Source of the DNA: Podarcis melisellensis
Lineage: Eukaryota
Length of the DNA: 64,000 nt
NCBI GenBank assembly: GCA_964234715.1
Contig: OZ174277.1
Direction: 5' to 3' (one strand)
Both the position numbers and the translations under genes were made by a program. Below the pieces are notes generated by a model. It worked only from the letters and a program-made list of their open reading frames with translations. It searched no databases and had not been told where the DNA came from. This document shows positions 49,201 to 59,789 of this stretch, piece after piece; positions within the stretch are counted from its first letter, which is position 1; every line of letters starts with the position of its first letter.

Positions 49201-52200
49201 TCATATGGCAAAACATATGACAGTAGCTGGATTATAGATTGCCATAATCCAGTTGAAGATGAGCTATTTCTGTGACACACTGATCTGTCGTTTCGAATGT
49301 GCAATACAGACTAACCCCAATCATACTCTCCTGATTAAAGGAAGGAAGGAAGTTCAATGGATGAACACATTTCACAAGGCTAAACAAATGCAAATGAATC
49401 TCTACAAATAATTATGGTTCTTTAGACGATATCTTTGATTACAGATTTTCAGAATGCAACCCATTTTTAAAAATACTTTAAGATACCTTTAGCTAGAAGG
49501 GGCAGGCAGGAAATGCCCTAAAAAGAAAGTGACATATCTTGACTTGGAATATCTAATGTGTGTTACTGGTGCCACCTTGTGGTGATTTTTCTCTCTCTAC
49601 GAATTGGAACATCTTTGGGGAGTGTAATTGAAAGTGGCACAAGTATGTTCTCATTATGTTATGTGAGTATAGGTTGGGAATGCTCTGTGTTGGGAACTTT
49701 GGGTCATGTTTATATATTGTACAGTTTATATATTGTAGTGTTAAATATTGCAGGGTAGAAAAGTTTTGCTTCTAGGATGATATCCTTTCATGGCAAACAA
49801 TTGTGCATTTCAGAGTAACGTGTTTCCCACTACCCTACATATTTCCCATTACTAAACATATATAGACCAAGACTGAAGACACCACTCAACTAGTTCCAAA
49901 AGGCACTGAAAGGAAGTGAATTGCAATATGGCACAGGAGTTTGCTATATGTAGAGTAAAGTAACAATTCCCACCACACATGGCAAGTCCATGGGTATACC
50001 TAAATAACTCTTGGATTCAAGAGAAACATTCATCTTTGTGTGGGAAAAGAGCAGTGTGTATATGTGAGACACAGATTGCATTTGTGAGTAGGGGAAGAGT
50101 GTTTACATTCTTCTCTCACCTTCCTCCCCAGTCTTCCTTGTAAGAGAACAAATAAGTCCTGAGTATGTTGACTACAAAACTGGCAAACATCCTCTGGAAA
50201 CACCTGAGATGTGATTGCACAGCCACTTTCAAATTAGATACTGAGTGAGGATACATCCCATGGATACCGACATACATTAACTGATAACACCTGGTGTTTA
50301 CTTTTCATGCTGTTGTGTGTCACAGTGCAAACTTCAGCTGTTAATGTCGTATGAAACTTCCAATTATGACTGGAGAGAATCATAGAATAAAATAACGTGG
50401 GCATAATTTTATAATGTAGTTATGTCCCATAGTTTTCAATTGTCTTTAAGTACATCTAATTTTCTATGGATGGTGTTCTTTGTTTTTCGCAAGGGGCTTG
50501 GTCTGTATTGCACAATTATACAAACTGTGTATTTTGTGTGAAATGTACATAAGAATAAGTCCTGAAAACATGTTTTTACTAGTTACATAGTACTATATAT
50601 CTTTCATCTGCTGACCCCAAAATTTTCAAATTTATCTGCTAGTCCACATTCGTATAGCTCTCATTTTTCCTGCATTTTAGGAACATAGGAAGCCGCTTCA
50701 CACAGAGTCAGATATTTGTTGTCTACTCTGGCAGTGGCTCTCCAGGATTCCAGTAAGGAGTCCTTCTCAGGCCTAGCTGGAGATGCCAAGATTTGCACCT
50801 GGAACCTTCTGCATGCAAAGCCAATGCTCTACCACTGAGCTGTGGTCCTTTTGTGATCTTAAACCCACAAGTTGATCTCATTCTCAGTGAACTGAAGTAA
50901 ACATGGAGAGGGTGGTCCTTCCCTTCCCCTAATTTTTCTTGAAATCCCAGCTTTGGCTTGGCCATTTTCAGTTTGAAAATGATTTTATCGGTACCCCAGC
51001 CAGGGGTAATAAACATAGCATCCCCCATCCAATATGGCCAATGATAAGGGATAATGGGAATTGGATTCCAATATCTGGAGGGCATTTTGGCTACTGCTAT
51101 GCTAGACTTTACTGGAAACTCATTTTCAGTATAGGCACGCATGTCTGTGTGTGTCATCAAATAGTTTAGGCATGTTTATTTTAACCCAGGAAAGTGTTAC
51201 CTACTTTCCAGTATTTGTTTGTATGCAGTATCTCTGCAACCCCCCTTTTTTAAAAAAATACTGCATAGTCAGTTATATATATAGCATTTAAATAAATATA
51301 GAACAGCACAGCCCATTTATGTTCTCCCTCTGGATAGGCCAAGGGGCACACAATAGTCCAAGACTCTTGGGTTGAGGTTTCTTCCTAGAGACTGACAAGT
51401 GAACATATTGCTCAGTCTTTTCTTCTGAACTGTGAATCTACATAAGGCTTTCTTCAAAAGTGATATTATTTTCTTATCGGTACCATTTTTAAATGTGTTG
51501 GGAGTGTTTGGGCGGCATTAATATATGATTGGTGTTAACTTGAAAGGAATACTACATGTCCTTTACCATCTTTGTTAATCACTTACCAACTCCTTGTTTT
51601 ATCCTATACACTTTCTGATTTCCCCTGTATACAAATTAATTTGTTGTTTTTAAGGGATGTCCTTTCCCTTCTTTGCGGGTCAATGCAACTGCTTTTAGAT
51701 GAAGCTTCATAGTATGTCCTATGTGCTAATTACTTTTGATACAGTAAAATGCTTCTTATGTTCCTAGCTCCCCACAGAGCATGTGGATTTCATTTAGGCT
51801 TCATTAATTTCACGCCCTTTGGCAATTTCATTTGGAACACCTTGACAAGTGTAGCTAGAATATATTAATTTGGAGGACGCTACTATATTGGAAAGCTGTT
51901 TTAATTAAGAAAATACAATTTAGCAAGATTCAAATATTTGCTTTGCAAAATATTTATGAGAAATTAATATTGTAACTTGCAAGTAAATTGGATTAATTCA
52001 GTTCTGTACTGGAGAATACAGTTCAGAACAAGACTCCTGTTATCAGAATGTCACCATTCCTGTTGCCAGTCTCTTCCTACTCATTTCAGCTTATATTCAT
52101 CTGCTTGCTTGTTACAATATTCATATGTGAAATAGGAAAAGCATTGAAGTGAGATGCTAATACTGATTTTATGTTTTTCTTCTACATTAAAATCATAGAT

Positions 52201-52850
52201 CCAAAAGGAAAGTCCTTGGCCGCAAAGACTCTGAGGATGATCATACCCGAAATCATTCGCCATCACCCCCTGTTACACCCACTGGTGCTTCTCCAAATCT
52301 GGCTTCCCTTAAACAGGCAGGATCAATTCAAAGAAATATTCGCAAAAGCAGCACCAGCAATGACAACTTCAAGGCACTTCTGCTTAAAAAAGGGAGCCGT
52401 TCAGATACCAGTTCTCGCATGTCAGCAGCAGAGATGCTAAAAAACACAGACCCAAGGTTTCAAAGAGCCAAGGCAGATTCTTCCTGGGAGCCCACTGACA
52501 GTAGCTCAAGTTGTTCTCCTACCAAGAGCAGACGGGCCCAGGAAGAATGGGCCAAGAGTGAAGGCCTGATGCCAAGAAGTCTGTCCTTTTCCAGCGCCAG
52601 GTACGGCAGGTCTCGAACCCCGCCATCTGCTGCAAGTAGCAAATACAATGTTCGAAACAGGATCCAGAGTAGCCCTATGACTGTTATCAGCGAGGGAGAT
52701 GTGGAACCATTTGAACCTGCAGAAAGCAGAACTTGTAGGTCTTTAGACGAGGAACAATTTGATGTGTTTGACAGTGATGAAATGGACATTAATGAAGATG
52801 TGGCCTCCAGTGAGAACAGTACAACTCACCCAGACTTGATAACTGGTTGA
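8276..52850 (+). CDS. NHSL1: NHS-like protein 1, spliced CDS join(8276..8333,12048..12200,26636..26763,33229..33421,39498..39629,44707..48078,48586..48715,52199..52850), 1605 aa
   Basis: Hand-spliced exons with GT-AG boundaries and matching phases (58+153+128+193+132+3372+130+652 = 4818 nt). Translation matches remembered NHSL1 motifs: [115 protein letters not shown]. Adjacent to HEBP2 as in other amniotes. Confidence 0.95.
10938..11163 (+). mobile_element. Tc1/mariner (Tigger-like) MITE
   Basis: TA|CAGTGGTACCTCGGGTTA ... TAACCCGAGGTACCACTG|TA, with internal aacctga repeats. Orientation label is arbitrary. Confidence 0.9.
11247..11370 (+). mobile_element. Decayed L2 LINE ORF2 3' fragment
   Basis: Reads LHWLLVCF*VQFRVLVLIYTSLNGLGPEYLKD, matching the L2 C-terminal LHWLP...LNGLGP.YLK signature, with an internal stop. 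Confidence 0.7.
12048..12200 (+). CDS. NHSL1: NHSL1 exon 2 (C-terminal part of the WAVE-homology-like region), [10 protein letters not shown]...NLKSVLR
   Basis: Acceptor ctctctcttatttacag|CT, donor GAG|gtagga, 153 nt, phase 1-1. Highly conserved NHS-family peptide. Confidence 0.96.
13135..13223. repeat. Short palindromic dispersed repeat (caatcctat...cagtggggct..ggtaagt..ggattg); related copies at about 6598-6675, 21890-21993, 26200-26270 and 32868-32940
   Basis: Recurrent imperfect hairpin of about 90 bp within the window. Confidence 0.55.
14174..14415 (-). mobile_element. Tc1/mariner (Tigger-like) MITE, inverted copy of the 10938 family
   Basis: Same TIR and TA TSD. The body is the reverse complement of 10938-11163. 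Confidence 0.9.
17167..17645 (-). mobile_element. CR1 LINE 3' fragment
   Basis: ORF 17421..17615 (MIKGLE.KPYEERLRELDMYSLEKRRLRGDM) is the CR1 ORF2 C-terminus. Followed by the typical ccttccaactc...attctatg tail. Confidence 0.9.
18328..18387. repeat. Compound (CA)n(GA)n microsatellite
   Basis: Direct reading. Confidence 0.95.
19463..19762 (+). mobile_element. Sauria SINE (lacertid type), 3' end missing
   Basis: tRNA-like head (ggtttgaatccc), caagtagataaataggtaccgct core. Shares sequence with the 22486 copy. Confidence 0.85.
21022..21250. mobile_element. Partial element related to 37788-38386 (one TIR only)
   Basis: ta|ccatatttttcgctccataagacgcac matches the 37788 TIR. No second TIR seen. 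Confidence 0.6.
21725..21888. mobile_element. Diverged Tigger-like MITE
   Basis: TA|cagtcatacctcgtgttg ... caactagaggtaccactt|TA, imperfect TIRs. Confidence 0.65.
22242..22283. repeat. (GT)n microsatellite
   Basis: Direct reading. Confidence 0.97.
22486..22737 (+). mobile_element. Sauria SINE, 5'-truncated
   Basis: Same core, ending ggggtccctttacctttatcttta (ACCTTT-type tail). Confidence 0.85.
25463..25615 (-). mobile_element. tRNA-derived SINE with CR1-type tail (shorter relics at about 20519-20577 and 56572-56655)
   Basis: Minus strand: gggatagct..ttggtagaac..ggtttgagcc tRNA-like head, then ccttccaactctacagatctatgattctatg tail. Confidence 0.65.
26636..26763 (+). CDS. NHSL1: NHSL1 exon 3, ECDKLRRDGYRSSQYYSQGPTF...EIEQK
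   Basis: Acceptor tacag|AA, donor AAG|gtgagg, 128 nt, phase 1-0. Frame not reported by the ORF track. Confidence 0.94.
29150..29221 (+). CDS. NHSL1: Candidate NHSL1 cassette exon, SSLLDCLPQSCLSACCCLIPWKIK (72 nt, phase 0-0)
   Basis: Very long polypyrimidine tract ending caacag|TCT, donor AAG|gtatct. Length divisible by 3, stop-free, and fits the phase-0 intron between exons 3 and 4. The CC..PW..K ending resembles the NHS cassette exon. Confidence 0.7.
31045..31332. mobile_element. Tigger-like MITE containing a 66-bp local insert
   Basis: TA|cagtcgtaccttggttc ... gaaccaaggcacaacta|TA. CpG-rich body. Confidence 0.8.
31763..31899. mobile_element. hAT MITE, same family as 844-980
   Basis: Near-identical body. 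Perfect 8-bp TSD atttaaat on both sides. Confidence 0.9.
33229..33421 (+). CDS. NHSL1: NHSL1 exon 4, CSTPSPEEEK...[35 protein letters not shown]
   Basis: Acceptor ttttaatag|TGT, donor CTG|gtaggc, 193 nt, phase 0-1. Conserved [10 protein letters not shown] motif. Confidence 0.95.
33477..33528. repeat. Exact 26-bp tandem duplication
   Basis: ttattggtttttattttgtctgaaaa occurs twice in tandem. Confidence 0.9.
37216..37266. repeat. (ATT)n microsatellite
   Basis: Direct reading. Confidence 0.97.
37788..38386. mobile_element. Tc1/mariner/pogo-type non-autonomous element with GC-rich internal tandem repeats
   Basis: TA|ccgtatttttcgccccataggacgcac ... gtgcgtcctatagggcgaaaaatacag|TA. Internal repeated unit of roughly 108 bp. 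Explains the six overlapping GC-rich ORFs here. Confidence 0.85.
39067..39096. repeat. (GCCAT)n pentanucleotide repeat
   Basis: Direct reading. Confidence 0.9.
39498..39629 (+). CDS. NHSL1: NHSL1 exon 5 (symmetric, basic), GENFDRQASIRRSLIYTDTVVRRPKKVKRRKTITGIPDNIQREL
   Basis: Acceptor catcag|GG, donor TAG|gtatgg, 132 nt, phase 1-1. Lies within ORF 39443..39718. NHS-family FDRqASIRrSL motif. Confidence 0.94.
39845..39892. repeat. (AAAC)n microsatellite
   Basis: Direct reading. Confidence 0.9.
41613..41833 (-). mobile_element. CpG-rich LTR-like fragment
   Basis: Minus strand begins TGTTGTGG, with a GC box and a TATA-like tttaagata. 22-bp tandem duplication at the other end. No clear TSD. Confidence 0.4.
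44707..48078 (+). CDS. NHSL1: NHSL1 large exon 6 (NHS domain, Ser/Pro-rich), 3372 nt
   Basis: Acceptor ttccaacag|TT upstream of the 1145-aa ORF 44799..48236, in frame (VGTGKNDFRGHSLCIPDHYSTLGR). Donor GTG|gtaagt at 48078/48079. Confidence 0.96.
48586..48715 (+). CDS. NHSL1: NHSL1 exon 7, AEGFESD...[14 protein letters not shown]
   Basis: Acceptor gcattttag|CT, donor CAG|gtattg, 130 nt, phase 1-2. Conserved [11 protein letters not shown]. Confidence 0.94.
50679..50849 (-). mobile_element. Squamate tRNA-derived SINE (Squam3-like); degenerate copy at about 25951-26122
   Basis: Minus-strand head agctcagtggtagagc...gcatgcagaaggttccaggtgcaaatc (A/B boxes), tail ttcctatgttcct. Confidence 0.7.
52199..52850 (+). 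CDS. NHSL1: NHSL1 last coding exon, [14 protein letters not shown]...NFKALLLKKGSRSD...HPDLITG*
   Basis: Acceptor aatcatag|A, in frame with ORF 52419..52850. TGA at 52848-52850. Confidence 0.95.
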
Positions 52851-54380
52851 TACAAAATTCTTTTAATATGTATGCCATCAACTGAAAAAAGGGTGAGGAT
52901 TAAGAAGGCACTATGATGTCACAGCTTTCATAAGGTATACAAAATGACCCAGACTTAGCAGGAAGCCCTAATCAGTACAATTTACTTCGCCAAGTATTTA
53001 GAATGTGGTAATTGATGCTACAGTACTGATACCTCTATGTGGCTCGATGGGGTGAGATTTTTAGTTTAAATGGAAGTGACTTTTAGTTTAAATGGAACTA
53101 AGTCAGATCAGTCCATTAAAGCATTAAAATCCTTTAGATAAAAAAAAGAAACTAATATTTTCAGATTCTGGGTTGTGTGTGATTTTTTTAAGAGTGTAGA
53201 AAATTAAAGTAAGCCTACAGAGAAAATGGGGAGCTTCTGTGGTACAGGGTGGCAGCAGCTTTCAAAGTGTTATATTTATGAAACCTAGTAATCTCTTTTG
53301 AGCAGGGAACGATAGAATATGTGGCCTAGTAGTTAGCCGTGTTGGCTGTTGTCCCACTGTTTCTTCTAGTTTGTGTAGGGAGTCCTCTGCTGGTCTAACC
53401 ATGTCATGATAGCATAACAAACAGGCTGACCAGATTCTGAATTACTGTTTTTTAAAAAACGCAATAGGAAAGAAGCACTATTGTAATACAGAAGTGACTG
53501 CTGTGTGGGTATATTACAGTCCATCTATTGGGTTCTTAAGGGAAAAAAACCTCATAGGTGAATTTGTTTCTTTGAATGGAAATTATGATGTCCTATAGAA
53601 GACCTAAAATAAATGGCTGCCGATTTGTAAAGAAGATGTAGGTAAATCTGGGATGGGGTGAGGCATAATAATAATAATAAGCAAATGGCCATTAACTTCT
53701 CGATTTGAGAGCTTATAGTATATAACTGCAAATGGTACCCTTTTCTTTTCAGTTAAACTGGGAATTACCAGTTTTTCTTATATTTGTCAAAATGGGAAAG
53801 TTTTAAGCAACATATCACTTGGAATATTGAAACACTTGCTAACTTTTGGTTACCAAAGAATACACTACAATTAGTTTTACTTTTTTGTCTACAGTCAGCA
53901 TCTCCTTGATATGGGAAAATAAACTTAACGATTTAGGAGACTTTGCTTAATTGTATTGAGTCTTTACCAGTGTGTTTAAATATATAGATATATATATATA
54001 TAACTTTCTTATTTGTAAAGAATATAACTGATAGCTAAAATATCAGCTGTGATTTTGATCACAGGATTGTTGGGTTTTTTGGAAAATGAATTTTGAATAA
54101 GTTGCTAGTCTTCTGTTTTTATAATGTTTGTACATAATACAAGTTCTTGAGGTAGCCTTTGCCCTACCAGTGCTGGACCTTTTACATTTTTTTAAAGAAA
54201 AAAACAACCCTCCTCTATGTAGATAATTTATTTTGATGAAAAACACTTGGCTCTTTTTCTCTCCATCTCTGTTCTTTGTTAGTTCTATAAATTTTAGTGG
54301 CCTTCACTCAACTCGAGAAGGGGATGGGGACGATCCTGTGACTGCGTCAATAAACAAGGCTGCCATTTGTCATCTTGTGG
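52851..54380 (+). other. NHSL1: Probable NHSL1 3' UTR with candidate poly(A) signals (AATAAA near 53608, 53918 and 54349)
   Basis: AT-rich, repeat-poor sequence after the stop, with several AATAAA hexamers. The one at 54349-54354 is followed by GT-rich sequence. The end point is inferred. Confidence 0.5.
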
Positions 54381-55271
54381 CTAGAGTTAATACTGCAACA
54401 CTTGAAAATCTGGGGGTGCTGTTATACTGAACGCTAGCCTGGCAGAGCAAGGGTTTGTGGCAGGCTTGAACACGAGGAATAGGTAGGTCTGAACACATCC
54501 TTATGGTCTTATTAAAGGGGGTAAGAAAGCATTGATCAACCACAAGGAGGCATAGATGGGACTGAGCCTGCTGGTCAAAATCCAAAGCCCCAAACACAGT
54601 TTTCTATTCTAGAGAACCTCTTTGTGCAAATATGGTGATTTCCCATGAGGTGTGCCAAACGTTAGACTCTCTCAAAAAGGAATGGTATCCCCCTGTGTGT
54701 AAACCGAGGCCACTGGATCACAGCTATTAGATTTAGTGGATCATGCCCTATATAGTTCCATGACTGAGCCTCCGCTTCCTAAGTTGCACAGCCATACGTT
54801 TTTCTGCTCTCCTTGCTCAGGGAGGAATTCAACGTCATACTCTTCTCATCGTTCCATCAACACAAGCATTTCTGTTTGCCAAACAGGAGGATCCCTCCCC
54901 CATCTTCGCACCCCATATACTCTTCTGGGAGTTCTGCTGATCCTCCAGAGAGGATTGGGGGAGGCATGGGGGAATGAGGAAGACCCCATTGAGCTAGCAG
55001 GGGCTTCTGCTAGTGTATTGCATTTGTTGAATCCAGCCCTAAGAGTGTCTAATGGTTGTTTTCAGGGAACTACACAGTCGCCCCTCTTCTCTCCTCCAAC
55101 TCATGTTGTGTCCTATACGTTCTAAAACATGTAAATTGTTACAAAGTAAGGGGGGAATTGATAAATGAACACTTTTTGCTTCCCAAAGCCTCATGTTTAT
55201 GAATGCTGGAAAAATACACCATTATGATATCCTCAGAACAAAGGAAACTATTTTTAAAAAAATTAGTTGTA

Positions 55272-55293
55272 TTTATTAATGACAAATTTTATT
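55272..55293 (-). terminator. Candidate distal HEBP2 poly(A) signals (two AATAAA on the minus strand); a proximal one lies at 56957-56962
   Basis: tttatt at 55272-55277 and 55288-55293 on the + strand, downstream of the HEBP2 stop. Confidence 0.4.
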
Positions 55294-57109
55294 GGCGACA
55301 ATGGACACATTATTTATATTATTACCAATGAAATAGGCAGCTTCTCTCTGCAGCTGAACAAAGCTGCTGGTTTCTGTTAGAGCAGGTGCTAAGAAAACAT
55401 CCATTGTGTTTTCCATTCATCTGTCACAGCTGCTGGTGTAAATAGATTGCACAGACTATTAGCATCTCACATTAGCAGATACATTAACTGGCCAAAAATT
55501 TTTTTAAAGCTAAGTGTATAGGAAAGTAACAACATTCAGCCTTTCCTGTTAATTCACACGTTCCCATAGATGCTATATCTTTCTAAAGATTGACAGCCTA
55601 TCAAATGGTTTCAAGTCCACTTTCAAGCTCATCTATGTGTTCAGTACAAACACAAGGCTTTTCTGGCTAGCGACATTTCAGAGCTTAAAACTTAAATGTG
55701 CAAGTAAACACTACCCCTTCTTATTATTTTTGATACGTCTTCACGTGTGTGATCTATTTGCCAGGAGCAGCACTACAGTTTGGCAACATCAGCATCAGTA
55801 GTTTTCAGTGTCAATTATTTGATTTAACATTTTGGTTTTACAAAAATCACACTTTATACAACTTAAAAATTATTATATAGCACCTTACAAAATTCCAAAG
55901 GCGGAAAGTCCTCAAAAGCCTAATAACTGAATATTTTAATGTGCTGAAAATTACACAGTTTGTCCATTTAATATAAAGTATTGGAGAATGGGACCACATG
56001 TTGTCTTCCCCATGAAAATATGCCCATGTAAGTGGCTATTCCAGCACCACCCTCCAACTGACCTACGCTGCATCTTCACTGTGGCAACATGGAACATAGG
56101 TTTCTATGAAAGATCTCTTGATGTATCTATAATGTGAGAAGGAACATTAAGGCAGGCACATCAAATTCCAATTGGTTGGAGGGCCATTTTCCCCTCCTTT
56201 CAAGTGCCCAAAGGCAAAAACATAAAACTAATGTCAGCGTGATCAAAATTAGTCTCAGTTTATATATCAAAATGGTAAAGGTTTTAAATGATTCCTGTAA
56301 CTTTGAGAAGTAATATGGATAAAAAAATTACAAAATATTATTAAAAGTATTACAAAGGTTACAGTAAGCTCCTTTTCCCCATTAGTTTCCTACCCCAGAA
56401 TCTGATTCAGTAATTACTGAAGGGGCAACAGTGGAGGTCCTTAATGCCCTAGCAATTAGGGCATTGAGACCATAACTGTATTACAGGACATCTGAAGAGG
56501 CCTGGCTTCCTTCCTTTTGAAATGGATCCTTTAACTACTGTTTTTAAAAGGCTGCAGTAAAAAGGAACATATAATAACAGAATTGGAGAGACTGAAGGGA
56601 CTACGAGAGTAATCGAGTCCAATTCTCTGCAATGCAGGAATCTTGTGCCCAACATGCGTTAGTTAAAATCAGAGATCAGGGCCTGTGCATTCCTACCTTC
56701 CGCTACCCTAATCAACTGAGAACTGCTTATGTCTTGTTTCCTACCCGTGCCTTAGGAGTATGGAATCTGCATAGCAGTTCAGAAGCTATAATGTTCCCAT
56801 ACTGACGTCAGTGGAGTTGAGCCAGCTATAAGGACAGAGAAATTGCCTGCAGAAAGAGAGTTTGGTCACATGCTCACTCTGATGCATGGCTGCACATGCA
56901 GCCACACTATAGCAACCTATATAGCCATCTTACATTTTTGTAAACCACTTGGAAGTTTTATTATATAGTTATATATAAATATTGTGAAACAAGTATTATA
57001 TTGGCACTGATAGATATTAAGGCAATGGGCTAAGTAGGAAAATATTAGGAAATATATTTAGTTAAGGACACTTATGGTTATTAAGGCTATAATCTGAATT
57101 GTTGAGGTT

Positions 57110-57287
57110 TTAGCTTTTCCTGATAAGCCAAACTTCATTGTGTCTGTTCAGCAATTTAAATGGACTATCATAGCCTGCAGTATAATAGACCTTTTCTTGA
57201 AAAGTTTTTCCATCCCGCTTCAGACTTTCAGCAAGTGCCAGTATTTCATCCTGGTTCTTTTTAGCATTGGCAAATCCTCCAAAAGAT
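57110..57287 (-). CDS. HEBP2: HEBP2 last coding exon, SFGGFANAKKNQDEILALAESLKRDG...EVWLIRKS*
   Basis: Acceptor ttctcaacag|A, TAA at 57110-57112. Translated by hand (not in the ORF track). Confidence 0.95.
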
Positions 57288-59757
57288 CTGTTGAGAACAA
57301 AAAACCAAAGTATTCTGTATATGTTGAGACTACTGTTTTATGTTCTAAGTAGAATACCTGTGTACGTGATAGACAAATGTAGGCAAGCCACATGGAATCA
57401 ACACTCATAAACCAGTATTAGTAAATTTTTCTACCTACGATGGTCCAATAATAATAATAATAATAATTTCCAAATCAATGATTTCATTTATATGTAACTA
57501 AATTTATGTTGAGGAAACAAGAATCCTTTCCATTTCATTGCAGAGGGATTCAAAGAGTCTTGCTCTGCAACATTCTCGTGTATACATTTTGAAAGCTGCT
57601 GTGTGGCAATTGCTCAATCTCCTTCTACAGGCAAGGACAGCAGTAACTTATATGGCCTGCATTGTGGGAACATGGGAAACTCTACAAGCCACTTCACATG
57701 CATGGCTAGATCCCGTGACAATGCCACTGAGCTTGAGCTTGGGCAGTAATTTCTTGGACACAATGTTTGTGTGAACCAGCGTAGCTACATGGAAGCTGTC
57801 TACACAGCGGGTTATGATTTTAATAACTAGTGTCTCAAAAAAATCACTGCACAGTTCTTTTGCAACCTGGGCCAGGATGGAGCACCGACATGAAGGCACC
57901 AGTTCATTCTCATATATATATATATCAGCTTTTAATGTCACAGACACTATATATGTGAGCAAGAACATGCAGGCCCCCGTTTTGAGTTCACTTTTAAGGG
58001 AAAGAAGAAACTAGAAGGCACTGGAGAAAGCTCTTGTTTACACAAATACATTTCACCAGGACTGTGTGGCTCGCCTGAAGGGCAGTTTGGATTTTTACAG
58101 CTCCACAAAGCACTGTAGCAAAAATATTAATGGAGAAAATGGCTCATCTTCCCCATTAAAGCATCCAAGAAGGTTTATTAAAATTCTAGTTTCAGCAGTT
58201 TTTCTTTCCAGTTCCTTCCACCTCCCATATCTGCACCTTCATGAAACACATAAAACCTTGACACAATACTGTTACCACAAGGTGGCAGTCAAAGTTAGCA
58301 GACATTTTCCAAGATAAATTACAAAAATGGTGTTGGCCACACGGAGGTAGTCTTGGGGTTGATGGGAATTACAGTTCAGCCAGCATGGCCAATGGCTAGG
58401 GAAAGTGGAAGCTGTAGTTCTCCACACCTGGTGCAGGTTATAGACACACATGCTTACCTGACAAACACAGTAATTGCTGGCCTCGTTTCAATGAAGACAT
58501 CTGCCTCTGATGGCTTAGGTGGATTTGCCTGGTGTTGAGGTGGCACGTAAAAAGAGACGGTTGTTGTGGACTCACAGAATGGGCCAGCACCTGGCTGCAC
58601 ATAGCATGTCACTGGAGCTGTCATGTCTATCTTTACTCCTGCAAGAGGCAAGATATTACTAGCTACACTTAACACATTATCAAAACATTACAAAAGAAAG
58701 GATGGAATAGAACAGGAATAGATTGCTAAGATTGCAGGGGGGTATGAAGGAAGCAAGAGCATCTCTAATCCACACCAGAGTGATCAGGACCTCAACCTGA
58801 AATAAGGCTGAACTAGATGACATCACCTGTGCTTTCCAACACTAAAATCCCTTTGGGATGTTGGGTTTTTAGTTAGAAATTTGGATTCTCTCCTTTACTA
58901 TTTCTCACATTCCCCCACCAAAAAGACACACCTGAGGTATATTTTCAAGAAGAAGAGGAACAATGTGTGCTTAGTGTTTGTCTCCCGCCAAAGGGAAGCT
59001 GATTTCAAGGGAAACACAAGTAGAGCAAAACACACCTTACCTTTTTCATTCTTGCCCTTAATATAATTAAAGAGCTTAGTAAAACCAGTATTGATAGCTG
59101 AATCCCAGTCCACAGTTTTAACAGATGTGCAAACCCATTTGGCTGGTTCATACTGTCGAATTTCATAATCAGTAGCCTTAAGGGGGGGAAAAACAAAAAT
59201 CAAGACTTGTTACCTGGTAATTTTCATACAATAAACTGCATAGATATTGAACTCTTTAAAAGTAGGAACCACAACTAAAAACGAGTAAATGAAAGTGTGT
59301 TCCCTATCTCTAGACCAGGGTTGCCAACCTGGTCCCTACCTAGTGGGCGTTTCAGGATTCTAGGTGGGCGGTAAGGGGTTCTACGGCACAAGCTGAATCC
59401 TCCTTCCATCGAGCACTGGTGGGCGGTAAGGAAATTTTACCATCAAGAAAGATGCATTAGTGGACGGTAGGTATAAAAAGGTTGACTACCCCTGCTCTAG
59501 ACAGAGGAAATGCCTATCACAATACGTATTGTGATAAGGGCTGTGAATTGTTACAAAAACACACAAAACCAATCTCTTTCCTCGATTTTACCTCACTAGT
59601 CATTTACCCATTGCTATTCTGCAAACTGATCCCATATATACACCTTTAGATCAAGATCTTAGGACCAAAGTAGACTCCATATAGCAGATGCAGTTTGCTA
59701 CTGCTTTTATTTTCATGAATAGTAGTAATAGGAGGTTGCCACCCAAAGCAGTTGAAT

Positions 59758-59789
<32 letters not shown>

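Noticed and set aside
50780-50849. tRNA-like sequence (also about 25545-25615 and 19463-19540)
   Set aside because: Degenerate SINE heads attached to SINE bodies; no intact cloverleaf.
52851-52915. Possible stop-codon read-through or ancestral longer NHSL1 C-terminus
   Set aside because: The TGA-TAC context is not a known read-through motif, and the downstream frames show no convincing similarity to the remembered mammalian tail.
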